A DNA stretch of 64,000 nucleotides from a virus. Positions 27,501 to 36,750 of the stretch are shown one piece after another (positions within the stretch are counted from its first letter, which is position 1; every line of letters starts with the position of its first letter). Location of the stretch: positions 2,458 through 66,457 of the IMG/VR virus record IMGVR_UViG_3300031251_000016, one strand, 5' to 3'. The translations under genes and the position numbers were made by a program. The notes under the pieces were generated by a model, which was given only the letters and a program-made list of their open reading frames with translations, made no database searches and had not been told where the DNA came from.

Positions 27501-27657
27501 CGGTGGCTCAACCAGCGTGACACACAATCACAACTGGAACATTCAGTCCAACGACGCGCGCAGCTTTATGAACCTGTTCCAGAACAACTCGCAGGCGGTT
27601 ACACAGATGATCGCCAAAGTCATGAACGCCAATCCCTCGCTTCGGCCGAGCTACTGA
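24568..27657 (+). CDS. Tape measure protein
   Basis: 1029 aa, helical and Ala-rich; LSVKIGADSSG start; C-terminal FDVGSW..ALIHPGEMIIP. Confidence 0.9.
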   Translation: MTETDLSVKIGADSSGLGNALQAANRSSEQFSANFKTSVDNLNVSLKNLNETLGAIHDSTQRTADATQHLSTVTNFLLTITGIKLVSEAVSATASGLVSLGSATASAAASFASYAQAQGYVIGQTNAVRVANDNFGGTLVRSVLPSVAQVALEFGALNVAIRAAPAVVGVTTSAVSGLATAIRIAAGAAVEFGLRMVSLTTVLSFLAARGLKVLTDAFMDLAGVLVRAGQAFGEYLNWASRYDDAGSRMAAKTLTMAGNLAQFEAEMKRTGQTDATRGLQNYLAELDKIPPKLGKTKEENAALAEQAKQASVDLEAAFASLPSYTAPLNDFLVKAVRLLATNTDEARQWGTTFADAFRDLNGSGERFLRSIQDIDPHLLENFKHAQQTGNVMDMQRTIMQGILVLTDRANDAEQRRYQEAIRTGQAMGMSREEAEKWAASTDETLRHAKDLSDVYDKIRLSAQGAAISVKSLGDNQKESYKQAVDLSNNGGTNSAQIRIHQANIDALREGIKAEPGNQDMKDTLNEELQKLRELNDARAGGNEESKLAVKLAKDELAHGTDSLGAARQKVEVLERHLAVLENADHETGQTSVETQKYVGQLAAAKKLVLDLEAGVKATRKETEILGETRGSSAWVKASLDALNARHPQKGGAVEQAAYEKDKNAIEQAGAEFRANQEKQQQALALDDIKLKYAKLMDNLDGLEKRHLVSSEEASQQRISFLKQEDVEVGANYEKQLARYGEDETEYSALLKKKQHEHDAYLKAIDQAETRELEKLDQEAQTAAGHLTSGLQGAISSAIQGKSPWKGLADSLVSELSSALTNNLKSILSVGLGQLGIGSMINGILSGDTLKSGLSSLFGGAGGATALTGSATALTGSATALTGAATALTSAAAALSAGGAASAAGGAAAASSGGFLSTLGSAAAGLLAFDVGSWSVPSQGNFDGKGGWPALIHPGEMIIPAGPASNLRNATASGGGLASGGSTSVTHNHNWNIQSNDARSFMNLFQNNSQAVTQMIAKVMNANPSLRPSY

Positions 27658-27669
27658 GGATCGCGCGCC

Positions 27670-28305
27670 ATGACGATCCCGACATTCCCCGTCCTCCCGC
27701 TGGTCGCCTACCCGGTCAAGCGAAGCCTCGTCACGAAGACCGTCAAGGAAGAGGCGATGGCGGGGCCGACGTTTCGCTACCCGATCCGCACGCGGCCAAA
27801 GTGGCAGTGGGAAATTTCGGTCGACGCCTTGCGCGAGAAGCGCCCGAGCGTGAGCGGCGAGTGGACAACGCTCAATAGCTTCCTGCTTTCGATCCTTGGG
27901 CCGGCGTTCCCCTTCTACTACCTCGACCAGCTCGACAACGCCGCAACGACCGCGCAGTTCGGCACAGGCGACGGCGTCACAACGACGTTCCAGCTTGGCC
28001 GCGTAATTGGCTCATTCTTTGAGCCGCTCTACGGCGCTTTCGGGGGGTCGATCGCCTCCAATGCGCTTTCCGGAAACCCGAGCGTCTACGTGAACGGCGT
28101 ACTGCAAACCTTCGGAACCGCCTACACGATCAGCTCGACAGGGCTTGTGACTTTCACGTCGGCTCCGGGGGCCGCGGCGGTGATAACGTGGACCGGCTAT
28201 TTTGCGTTCTTGTGCGAGATGGACGACGACGTGGTAGAGCAGACGCTGTTCATGAGCGGGCTCTATGCCGTCCCGAAGATCGCATTCTCGAGCAAGCTCC
28301 TATGA
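27670..28305 (+). CDS. Distal tail protein (DUF2460 / GTA-like)
   Basis: FGTGDGVTTTFQL, GLVTFTSAPGAAAVITWTG. Confidence 0.8.
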   Translation: MTIPTFPVLPLVAYPVKRSLVTKTVKEEAMAGPTFRYPIRTRPKWQWEISVDALREKRPSVSGEWTTLNSFLLSILGPAFPFYYLDQLDNAATTAQFGTGDGVTTTFQLGRVIGSFFEPLYGAFGGSIASNALSGNPSVYVNGVLQTFGTAYTISSTGLVTFTSAPGAAAVITWTGYFAFLCEMDDDVVEQTLFMSGLYAVPKIAFSSKLL

Positions 28306-29219
28306 AGAGCGCGACGACGGGCCTCGCGAACCTCATCAACAGCGGCGTCTTCATGGACGTGACGCTCTACACAATTGCGCTCGCGCAAAACGCCGGCACG
28401 CTCTACATCTCCGCCGCAGATTTCGACGTAAATTACGGCGGCAACACCTTCCTGCACGGGAGGCCCGGGGTTGACGTTGCGAGTAGTAAGCCGCAGGCGC
28501 ACTGGAAAGCCGGCCTTGATGTCGACGAGTATCCGTTAACGCTCCTCCCGCGGCTAACGACGGCGTCGGGCGGTCCAGACATGCTCGGGTCCGCTACTCT
28601 TTTGCAGGCCGCGGTCGGCGGCGCCTTCGACGGCGCTCTCGTCACCGTGCAGCGCGCGTACTTTAGCGGGCCTCCGGCGTGGCCCCAGCCGCCCGGCGGT
28701 TTCGTCCCCGTCGGAGTCCTGCCGATTTTCTTCGGGATGGCGGGCGAGGTCACTCCGACGGCCTACGAGATTCCGATCAACGTCCAGAGTCTTATGGGGC
28801 TGCTGAAGATCAATACGCCGCGAAACGTCTACCAGGCGCAATGCCGTCACATCCTCTACGACAGTGGATGCACTCTCGCGCGTGCGAGTTACACGACGAG
28901 TTATGTGGTCGGCTCTGCGACGCAAAACAGCGTGACGGCTTCTGCCGCGGTCCCCGCGCCTTCCGGCTCGGGGACCTATCAATTCGGCCGCTTGACGTTC
29001 ACGAGTGGCGCCAACAACGGCGTCACCGTCACGATCCTCAGCCAATCGGTCTCGACGTTCCTGCTCTACGGCCTCCCGCCCTATCTGCCCGCGCCGGGCG
29101 ACACTTTCACCGTGAGCGCTGGCTGCGACAAGCAACCCGCGACGTGCTCGCTCTTCGGCAACCTCGTCAATTTCGGAGGCACGCCGAACATTCCCGTCCC
29201 GGAGGTCACTGTCCCGTGA
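28302..29219 (+). CDS. Tail hub protein (DUF2163/BR0599-like)
   Basis: YQAQCRHILYDSGC, GDTFTVSAGCDK..C..FGNLVNFGG.PNIP. Confidence 0.85.
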   Translation: MKSATTGLANLINSGVFMDVTLYTIALAQNAGTLYISAADFDVNYGGNTFLHGRPGVDVASSKPQAHWKAGLDVDEYPLTLLPRLTTASGGPDMLGSATLLQAAVGGAFDGALVTVQRAYFSGPPAWPQPPGGFVPVGVLPIFFGMAGEVTPTAYEIPINVQSLMGLLKINTPRNVYQAQCRHILYDSGCTLARASYTTSYVVGSATQNSVTASAAVPAPSGSGTYQFGRLTFTSGANNGVTVTILSQSVSTFLLYGLPPYLPAPGDTFTVSAGCDKQPATCSLFGNLVNFGGTPNIPVPEVTVP

Positions 29220-29656
29220 ATGAGAATGACCGCCGCAAAGTCGTCGCCATCGCCGAGAGCTGGGTGGGCTGCCCCTTTCACGACTGCGCAGCTCTCAAGG
29301 GCGTCGGCGTCGACTGCGCGAACCTTGTCGCCAAGGTCTTCGAGGAAGCGTGCCTCGTCGATTCAATCCCGATCCCGCCCTACACCCCGCATTTCTTCCT
29401 GCACAAAGGGGAAGAGCTTCTCTGCGACGAGCTTCTCAAATACGCGCACGAGATTCCCGAGAACGAGGTCTTGCCCGCCGACCTTGTCGTTTACAAAGTT
29501 GGGCGCGCGTATGCGCACGTCGCGATCGTTTGCGAGTGGCCGAGCTACGTGATTCACGCGCACAAGCCGTCGCGAGCCGTTATCGCCTCGCACGTCGAGC
29601 ACCGGGAGTTAATGGGGCGCCCGCGGCGCTATTTCCGCTTCGGAGGGCTCGACTAA
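29216..29656 (+). CDS. NlpC/P60 tail-tip peptidase
   Basis: AESWVGCPF, GVDCANLV, AHVAI, VIHA. Confidence 0.85.
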   Translation: MNENDRRKVVAIAESWVGCPFHDCAALKGVGVDCANLVAKVFEEACLVDSIPIPPYTPHFFLHKGEELLCDELLKYAHEIPENEVLPADLVVYKVGRAYAHVAIVCEWPSYVIHAHKPSRAVIASHVEHRELMGRPRRYFRFGGLD

Positions 29657-32600
29657 ATGGGCAGCCTGCTCCACAGCCGCTCGTCGCGCGTCAACCAGCC
29701 GCAGATTCAGTATCCGGACACCGGGCTTCGCATCCAGACGGCCGTCATGGGGCGCGTGCGCCCGATCGGATGGGGCCGCGTCCGCGCCGCGGGCAACGTC
29801 ATCCTTGCCAATAGCTTTCAGGCCGTCGCGACGCCAAGCGTCGACTCTTCGGGCAACGTCTCCTACAGCTACACCTACGAGGCTGATGTCATCGTGGCGC
29901 TTGGCAATAGCGTCGTCAACGGCATCGTCAACATTTGGAACGGCACGGAATCCGGTATGGTCCTCTTCAACGGACCGAACCAGCCGAACCTCAGTCTCAA
30001 CCCGCTGAACACGGTCGCCAATCCGAACGGCATGGGCGGCGGCCTGCTTTTCCACGGTAGCTACACGCAAACGCAGTGGACTTATAAAGGAGCGCTGTCG
30101 GCTGGAAACCTCGCCTATCGCGGCGAGGCGTATCTAGCTTTCGCCAAGCTCAACATGGGCAGCAGCACGACGATCCCGAACTTCACTTTCGAGTTCGATT
30201 ACGGAATCGGCTTCGACCTTCCGGCGGTGTGCCCCGACGCCAATCCAGCGGACGTTATTACCGATTATCTGACAAATGCCGACTACGGAGTGCCGCAATT
30301 CCTGTCGTCATACCTTGCCGACATGACGGATTTCCGCCGCTACTGTCGCGCATTCTCGCTACTCGTCTCATTCACCGAGACGAACCAGCGGCCGGCATCC
30401 GACATGTTGCAAGAGCTGGCGCGCGTTTTGAACGTCGATTTCGTTTGGTCCTCGGGAAAACTCAAGGTCGTCCCCTACACGCCATTCCCGGGAACGCAGA
30501 ACGGATACTTCTGGAACCCGCAGACGACACCGGTCTACGCCTTCAACGACACGCACTACCTCGAGAACAGCGGTTCGCTCGGTTCCGTGTCGTCAACGGC
30601 CCCAACGCCCGTCGCCATCGCGCGAAAACCTCGCTCGCTCGCAGTGAACCACACGAAACTCGAGTATCTCCCGCGCGGGGCTTACTACAATCCGTGGATT
30701 CTTGACTATATCGACGAGGGCTCTGTCGCCAATTGGGGCGTCGAGATTATCGGCGACGTCATTCAGGCGCATCATTTTTGCTACGATGCGGCGGCGCAAT
30801 CCGCGTTGCATCTATTGGCCTCCCGTAACCAAGTCATCCGCACGTTCCAATTCACCGTTGGGCGCCGGTTCATTCTGCTCGACCCGATGGACCTAGTCAC
30901 CATCACAGACGCGACAAGCGGCCTCAACAATCAGCCCGCGCTCGTCAAAGAAATCCGAGAGAACGCGGACGGCACTCTGACGGTAACGGCCGAGGAGTAT
31001 CTCGCCCTCGTCGGACCGCCCATTTTTGGTTTTTCTAACATCACGGCAATAACGTCCGCGCTGAACATCGGCGGGCCTCCGGGCGACGTCAATCCGCCGA
31101 TCATTTTCGAGCCGCCGGACCAACTCGGGAAAGGCCTCTGGCTATACGTCGCAGTATCCGGGCAGAATCAGGTTCTATGGGGCGGGTGCGAAATCTGGGC
31201 GTCCTTCGATCAGATCAGCTACGCGCAGATTGGTCAGGTTTTCGCACCGGCGCAGATGGGCGTTCTTACGGCGACTCTCCCCTCAGTTTCCGCGGCGATC
31301 AGCGGGCAGACCATTGACGCGACGCACACGCTTTCCGTGAATCTCGCCGAGAGCAACGGCGCGCTGCTGCCGGCCAGCCCGCAAGACTTTGCGTCACTGG
31401 CGACGCTCTGCCTCGTGGATGGTGAGCTGCTCGCTTACGAGAACGCCGCCCTGGTCAGCGGGAATTCTTACAATCTCTCGCCGCTCTCGCGCGGCTGCTA
31501 CGGATCGAACATCGCAAACCACGCGATCGGCGCGCCGTTCACCCTGGTCGACGGGAGCCTGTTCCACTACCATTTCACGCAAGACAAGATCGGTCAGACG
31601 ATCTATCTCAAATTCCTATCGTTCAACGTCTTCGGACAAGGCCTCGAGCAGCTCGCGAACGTCGGCGCCTACTCTTACGTCATCCAAGGAACGGCGCTCG
31701 GGTCCCCACTGCCGACTGTTCAAAACCTACGGACCGTATTCAACGCGGGGGTGACGCAGCTCTTTTGGGACGAAATTACCGATTTCCGTCCCGTTCAGTA
31801 TCTTGTCAAAAAGGGCGGGTCATGGGCCTCCGCGCTGCCGGTCGCCACGCTCGCACATCCGCCCTTCGTCGTCACGGGCGACGACACCTATTGGGTTTCC
31901 GCGGTTTCGCAGCCGACTTCCGGGCTCACGGTCTATAGCGCGTCGCCTACGTCTTTAACGGTTGCCGGATCGTTCATAACGCAGAACGTGATTTTGTATT
32001 TCGACGAGGACGGCAAGCAGGCAAACACGGCCTACTGGCCAGGGGCGAAATCGAACGTCCAGCCGGATTCGATCGGCCTGAGACTCGACACGACTGGAAA
32101 CATTCTTAGCGACACGAGCATCCTCGCGACTACCGACATCATCAACTATGGCAGCACGGGGATCCAGTCGAGCGGCTCCTACACGTCGAACACCATAGTA
32201 AACGCCGGTCGCCTGACCCAGATGCTCGTCCAAGCCAACTGGGTAGCGGTTGGTCTGCCGATCGGGGCGGCGTCAAACATACTGGCGCAGCCGAACATCC
32301 TCTCGCAGCCGGATGTACTGAACTTTGCTAACACGGCCTTCGTAAACGTCTACCCGCAAATAAGGGTTGGGACGTGGAATGGGGGCGGGATCACCTGGGG
32401 AACGTGGCAAAAGTATCAGGCTGGCGTGTACCAGGGTCAATACGTGCAGATGCAGCTCATCCTGTTGACCGTTGACCCGAATACGATCGCGTACTGCACG
32501 GATTTCGACTGGACCGTCTCACTGGCGCCGAGGGTAGACCACTATCTAAACCAGACGATTCCTGCGGGCGGACTCACGATCACCTTCCGGCCTGACGCGC

Positions 32601-32809
32601 TCGCAGGGCAATCGCAACAATCGGCGGCGCCGTTTAACGGGGGCCCGAATGCGGGGAATCTCCCGGGCATCCTCGCGACTTGGCAGAATAACGCCGGCGA
32701 CCAGCTCGTAATCACAAACCTATCGCTCTCTTCCGTCACCATTCAGATTCAGAACGGCGGCGTCGGAGTTACAACCTACAACGCAAACGTAGTCGCAGAG
32801 GGCTACTAA
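29657..32809 (+). CDS. Central tail / host-specificity protein (GTA megatron-like)
   Basis: RPIGWGRVRAAGNVI, LAYRGEAY, IPNFTFE, LVDGELLAY, LKFLSFNVFG. Confidence 0.85.
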   Translation: MGSLLHSRSSRVNQPQIQYPDTGLRIQTAVMGRVRPIGWGRVRAAGNVILANSFQAVATPSVDSSGNVSYSYTYEADVIVALGNSVVNGIVNIWNGTESGMVLFNGPNQPNLSLNPLNTVANPNGMGGGLLFHGSYTQTQWTYKGALSAGNLAYRGEAYLAFAKLNMGSSTTIPNFTFEFDYGIGFDLPAVCPDANPADVITDYLTNADYGVPQFLSSYLADMTDFRRYCRAFSLLVSFTETNQRPASDMLQELARVLNVDFVWSSGKLKVVPYTPFPGTQNGYFWNPQTTPVYAFNDTHYLENSGSLGSVSSTAPTPVAIARKPRSLAVNHTKLEYLPRGAYYNPWILDYIDEGSVANWGVEIIGDVIQAHHFCYDAAAQSALHLLASRNQVIRTFQFTVGRRFILLDPMDLVTITDATSGLNNQPALVKEIRENADGTLTVTAEEYLALVGPPIFGFSNITAITSALNIGGPPGDVNPPIIFEPPDQLGKGLWLYVAVSGQNQVLWGGCEIWASFDQISYAQIGQVFAPAQMGVLTATLPSVSAAISGQTIDATHTLSVNLAESNGALLPASPQDFASLATLCLVDGELLAYENAALVSGNSYNLSPLSRGCYGSNIANHAIGAPFTLVDGSLFHYHFTQDKIGQTIYLKFLSFNVFGQGLEQLANVGAYSYVIQGTALGSPLPTVQNLRTVFNAGVTQLFWDEITDFRPVQYLVKKGGSWASALPVATLAHPPFVVTGDDTYWVSAVSQPTSGLTVYSASPTSLTVAGSFITQNVILYFDEDGKQANTAYWPGAKSNVQPDSIGLRLDTTGNILSDTSILATTDIINYGSTGIQSSGSYTSNTIVNAGRLTQMLVQANWVAVGLPIGAASNILAQPNILSQPDVLNFANTAFVNVYPQIRVGTWNGGGITWGTWQKYQAGVYQGQYVQMQLILLTVDPNTIAYCTDFDWTVSLAPRVDHYLNQTIPAGGLTITFRPDALAGQSQQSAAPFNGGPNAGNLPGILATWQNNAGDQLVITNLSLSSVTIQIQNGGVGVTTYNANVVAEGY

Positions 32810-32827
32810 GAAGGAAAGGGCTTCGCC

Positions 32828-34003
32828 GTGAATACATCTTGGAAAACGTCGCTGAGCGCAATCGGCGCCGGGCTGCTGTTTGCGGTAGCGAGCTTCGCCC
32901 CGCCGACTGCTCTCGCCGATCAGTCGACCCTCCAATCTCCGACGACGGGGACGGTGAGCGGTCTCCAACTGACGAACAACTACAACAGCGCGCTCAACGC
33001 GCTGAACACGTGCAACAGCGGTAGCAGCGCGCCGACAAACCAGCTTTCCGGGTCTCCGAGCGCCGGCAACTGTTGGCTGAACACGTCGACGACGCCGAAC
33101 ACGATCTCTGTCTACGACGGAACCTCGTGGCTGGCCGCCGGCTACGTCGACGCGACAAACCACGTTTACTCACCGGCCTGGAATGGCGGCAACGTCACGT
33201 CGATCGCCTCGGCGTCGTCGACGAACCTCTGCGCTTCCTTGCAGCCTTACGTCTCCGTCACCGGAACCACGGGCATCACGAGCTTTGGCTCCGCCTGCCC
33301 GCTCGGCGCGCTGAAGCTCGCCACTTTTACGGGGGCGCTCACGCTCACGAATAACGTGACGAGCCTGATCCTCCCCAATAACGGGAGCAACATCACAACG
33401 GCCGCAGGCGACGTGCTCGGGGCGATCAACCTCGGGTCGGGAAACTGGAAGGTTCTCTTCTATATCCGCGCCAGCGGGCAGCAGGTCGGGACGACTTCGA
33501 ATAAGGTGCTGGTCAACACGCTCAGCCCCGTGAGCGTGGCGAGCATCTCCGATACGACGAGTTTTACCGCAACCTATTCTGAATACGAAATCGACATAGA
33601 GAACCTCATTCCTGCGACAAACGGCGTCACGCTGTACATGACGGAGCAATCCGGAGGTTCTTTTCAGACGAGCGGCTACTACTGGCGTCAGCTAAACTAT
33701 GCTGGAGCGGTGGGCGTGACCGTTGGAAGTAACGCGGTGAACTTTCAATTAACCGGCGCAAGCATTGTGCAGAACGCCGCTGGCGGAGGCGTCACCTGCC
33801 GGGCTACAGTTAGCAACGTCTCGTCTACGTCGGTGTACAAGATCATCCAAAGCCGCTGCTCTTCCATAGGCACGGCGGCAGCCGAAGGCGATCAGGTTGA
33901 CGGGGGGTGGCTTGGCGGCTCTGGCGCGATCACGGGGCTAAGCTTCTCCTTCAACTCCGGAAACATCTCTTCCGGAACGATCAAAATCTACGGATGGAAC
34001 TGA
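32828..34003 (+). CDS. Tail-fibre-like protein with N-terminal signal peptide
   Basis: TGTTGITSFG, LILP..NITTAAGD, C-terminal GNISSGTIKIYG; leader ending PTALA/DQ. Confidence 0.65.
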   Translation: MNTSWKTSLSAIGAGLLFAVASFAPPTALADQSTLQSPTTGTVSGLQLTNNYNSALNALNTCNSGSSAPTNQLSGSPSAGNCWLNTSTTPNTISVYDGTSWLAAGYVDATNHVYSPAWNGGNVTSIASASSTNLCASLQPYVSVTGTTGITSFGSACPLGALKLATFTGALTLTNNVTSLILPNNGSNITTAAGDVLGAINLGSGNWKVLFYIRASGQQVGTTSNKVLVNTLSPVSVASISDTTSFTATYSEYEIDIENLIPATNGVTLYMTEQSGGSFQTSGYYWRQLNYAGAVGVTVGSNAVNFQLTGASIVQNAAGGGVTCRATVSNVSSTSVYKIIQSRCSSIGTAAAEGDQVDGGWLGGSGAITGLSFSFNSGNISSGTIKIYGWN

Positions 34004-34015
34004 CGGTCTTAGAGC

Positions 34016-34058
34016 CAAGCTTGTAGTCGCTACCCGCCCCTCGTATGGTTGAGCAGCC
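34016..34058 (+). promoter_or_regulatory. Repeated promoter/operator, copy 1
   Basis: TTGTAG-17 nt-TATGGT overlapping GTAG-N3-CTAC palindrome; 37/43 identical to 37927-37969. Confidence 0.7.
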
Positions 34059-34077
34059 ATTCGAGGGGTTCTCCGAT

Positions 34078-34470
34078 ATGAAAATGCAGAAGTGCGCCCG
34101 GTCCGCGAGCTTCGCGCTACCGCTGTTCGCCTTTGCTCTCGCACCGATGCTCGCGCGAGCCGAGCTCGTGCCGGTCGGCGGCGTTTCGTTCCCCGTCCAG
34201 TCCCCCATCTCCGGCAATATTCCGGTCGTGGCCGATGCGCAGTCGGCGCCCTTCGAGGGCGCAACCGCGATGACGGTCGGGACCTCCTACACTGCCGCCC
34301 GCTCGGTTCTAGCCAACTGCACGGTGGCCGGTAACGTAAGCCTCACGCTGCTTGATGGTTCAACGGTCGTTTGGGCGGTTCCCACGGGCGCGACGCTCCT
34401 GCGCGTCGCCGCAACGGCAGTGAACACCAGCGGCACGACGGCAACCTGCACCTACTACAACCTGAAGTGA
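34078..34470 (+). CDS. Small beta-rich protein with signal peptide
   Basis: GAGGGG RBS; FALPLFAFALAPMLARA leader; two Cys in the mature part. Confidence 0.6.
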   Translation: MKMQKCARSASFALPLFAFALAPMLARAELVPVGGVSFPVQSPISGNIPVVADAQSAPFEGATAMTVGTSYTAARSVLANCTVAGNVSLTLLDGSTVVWAVPTGATLLRVAATAVNTSGTTATCTYYNLK

Positions 34471-34500
34471 CGCCACCCGCGGGCGCATAAGAGGTCGAGC

Positions 34501-34929
34501 ATGGCTGCCTACAACAAATTCAATCTCACCGTCGACGACATGCTGAAGGCCATAAACAACTATGGCACCGACGGCCTGAAGGTCATGCTGACCAACACGC
34601 TGCCCGTGGCGACAAATCACGTCTACGGCGACATTTCCGCGAACGAACTGGCGAGCGGAAATGGCTATGCGACGGGCGGCGCGACGGTCCCGGGCACCGG
34701 CCTATCGAACGCGTCGGGCGTTGAGAGCCTCGCAGGCACCGCGGTGACATGGACCAGTAGCACCGGAAGCATGGGACCGTTCCGGTACGTCGTGCTTTAC
34801 GACAACTCGTCAGCGTCAAAAACCCTCATTGCGTGGTGGGACATCGGGGCCTCGACGACCCTCAACGGCGCGAACGGCGACCAGTTTGTCTGGACGCCGG
34901 CCGGTAGCGTCATTTTCACCCTGCAGTAG
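34501..34929 (+). CDS. Virion fibre subunit (tentative)
   Basis: LKVMLT, ELASGNGYATGG, GPFRYVVLYD, LIAWWD motifs seen in phage structural proteins. Confidence 0.6.
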   Translation: MAAYNKFNLTVDDMLKAINNYGTDGLKVMLTNTLPVATNHVYGDISANELASGNGYATGGATVPGTGLSNASGVESLAGTAVTWTSSTGSMGPFRYVVLYDNSSASKTLIAWWDIGASTTLNGANGDQFVWTPAGSVIFTLQ

Positions 34930-34944
34930 CGGAGCGCGTCGCAC

Positions 34945-36093
34945 GTGGCCGTACTCTATGATCGCGTCCGATGGGCCGTTTCGGGCACGCCCGGGACCGG
35001 CAACATCACTCTCGGGTCACCCGTCGCCACCTTCCGCGATGGCACCGGCTCGGGCGGTAACGCGGCAATCCCGAACGGCACGACTATCTCCTACGTCGCC
35101 GAGGACGGGGGAACAGTCGCAGAATACGGCCGCGCGGTTTACTCGACATCTGGACCGACGCTCACGCGCTCCCCGCTGTGGTCAACCTCGGGCCTTGCGA
35201 TAGCGGCCAGTCTCAGCTCTTCGGCTATCGTCTACATAGACGCTCTGGCAGAAGATCTTTACTGGGGGACTTATATTTTTGCGTCGCGAATTCAGGGCGG
35301 CAATGGAACAATCAACTATTACCTCGACCCTGCGGGGTCAGATTCTAATGACGGGGCCTCCACGGGAACGGCGTGGGCGACGTTGGCGCATGCGGCCAGC
35401 GTCATTTCTACGATAGTCAACGACTTAGGTCAAATCGCGGTGACCGTGAATGTTACTATGGCGAGCGGGACGTATAACGAGATACACGAAACGAGCTTTA
35501 CGCTTCAGACCCAACTTATTAACGTAGTTATCGCGTCCGCTACTTCTGTTGCGTCCGACGTCATAATAAACTACGTCAATGTTTTCAATACGGGGGCTTT
35601 TAACGTACTGGGCGGAGGCCACATCTCCACCGTTGGCATCGAGTCTGTTACGTTTTCGGCAAGCGGGCTGCTTCCCGCCATGTGGGTTACCGCCGGTGGT
35701 GGGGGCTACGTTATCGTCGCAAACTGCGTGTTTAACGCTGTTGACAACCTGTACGCCCTGTTTTGGATTTTTGACTCACTGTCATACTTAGGCGTTTACG
35801 GTGGGACGTTTTCCGTTGGGACCGGCGTACAGTATTTTTTATTGGCGTCAACCGGCGGGTTCGCGCAATTCTACTACACGGTTGCGTTTGTCGGGACGTG
35901 CGCGTTTGGCGCGCAAACGATCGCGGTCGCCGAAACGGCGATCGCCGATGTTCAGTGCGCATTCACTGGAACCGTGACGGGGCAACGTTACTCCGCGACC
36001 GCGCTTAGCGCCATCAATACCTATGGGTCTGGGACGTCGTTCATTCCGGGCTCGGTCGCCGGAACAACGGACGCCTCGAGTTTCTACCTTTGA
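34945..36093 (+). CDS. Fibre / receptor-binding protein with probable beta-helix C-terminus
   Basis: DRVR..GTGNITLG N-terminus; YYLDPAGSDSNDG..AWATLAHA; AT-richer 3' part. Confidence 0.65.
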   Translation: MAVLYDRVRWAVSGTPGTGNITLGSPVATFRDGTGSGGNAAIPNGTTISYVAEDGGTVAEYGRAVYSTSGPTLTRSPLWSTSGLAIAASLSSSAIVYIDALAEDLYWGTYIFASRIQGGNGTINYYLDPAGSDSNDGASTGTAWATLAHAASVISTIVNDLGQIAVTVNVTMASGTYNEIHETSFTLQTQLINVVIASATSVASDVIINYVNVFNTGAFNVLGGGHISTVGIESVTFSASGLLPAMWVTAGGGGYVIVANCVFNAVDNLYALFWIFDSLSYLGVYGGTFSVGTGVQYFLLASTGGFAQFYYTVAFVGTCAFGAQTIAVAETAIADVQCAFTGTVTGQRYSATALSAINTYGSGTSFIPGSVAGTTDASSFYL

Positions 36094-36105
36094 GGAGAAC
36101 CCGCG

Positions 36106-36747
36106 ATGGCTATCACTAAACCGGCGCAGCCCCGCCCTCCGTACAACGCCGCCAACTGGTACTGGGTCATTCCCAGCATCGCGAGTTACGTCTTCGCAAG
36201 CGCGCGCGCGGCCTGGATTCCGGCGTCGGACGCCGCTTACTCGACGTGGCTCACTTCGGGCGGCGTTGCAACGTCAGTCCCCGATACCGCGACGCTCGCG
36301 GACGTGCTGACGACGGCAGGACTCACGCAAGCCGCGACGGCGGCGGCGGTCGACCCGACAAGCCTTTCCAGCATCCAGGCGGGTGCGCGGGCGCAGATCG
36401 CCGCGACGCGCTACGCGCTCGTCGCCGGCGGCGTCACAGTCAACGGCCACCCATTCGATACGTCGCTCGAGGCGCGCGCGAATTGGGACTCGGTCTACCT
36501 CGCCGCACTCGGCAACCCGGCGCTTGCGATCCAGTGGAAACTCACGTCGGGCGTCTTCCTTCCGCTCGACGCCGCGCAAATAACCGCCATCGGGCAAGCA
36601 CTTCTCGGCTTCGTTCAAAGCTGCTTCGCTTACGAGGAATCGCTCCTGGCCCAAATTAACGCCGCCGCGACGATTCCCGCCGTCCAGGCGATCGATCTCG
36701 TAACCGGGTGGCCGAGCAGCATCCTGACCGTTGCCGGAGCGCCGTAG
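36106..36747 (+). CDS. DUF4376-like fibre assembly protein
   Basis: IAATRY..GGVTVNGHPFDT, IQWK..FLPLDA.QI..FVQSCF. Confidence 0.7.
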   Translation: MAITKPAQPRPPYNAANWYWVIPSIASYVFASARAAWIPASDAAYSTWLTSGGVATSVPDTATLADVLTTAGLTQAATAAAVDPTSLSSIQAGARAQIAATRYALVAGGVTVNGHPFDTSLEARANWDSVYLAALGNPALAIQWKLTSGVFLPLDAAQITAIGQALLGFVQSCFAYEESLLAQINAAATIPAVQAIDLVTGWPSSILTVAGAP

Positions 36748-36750
36748 CGC

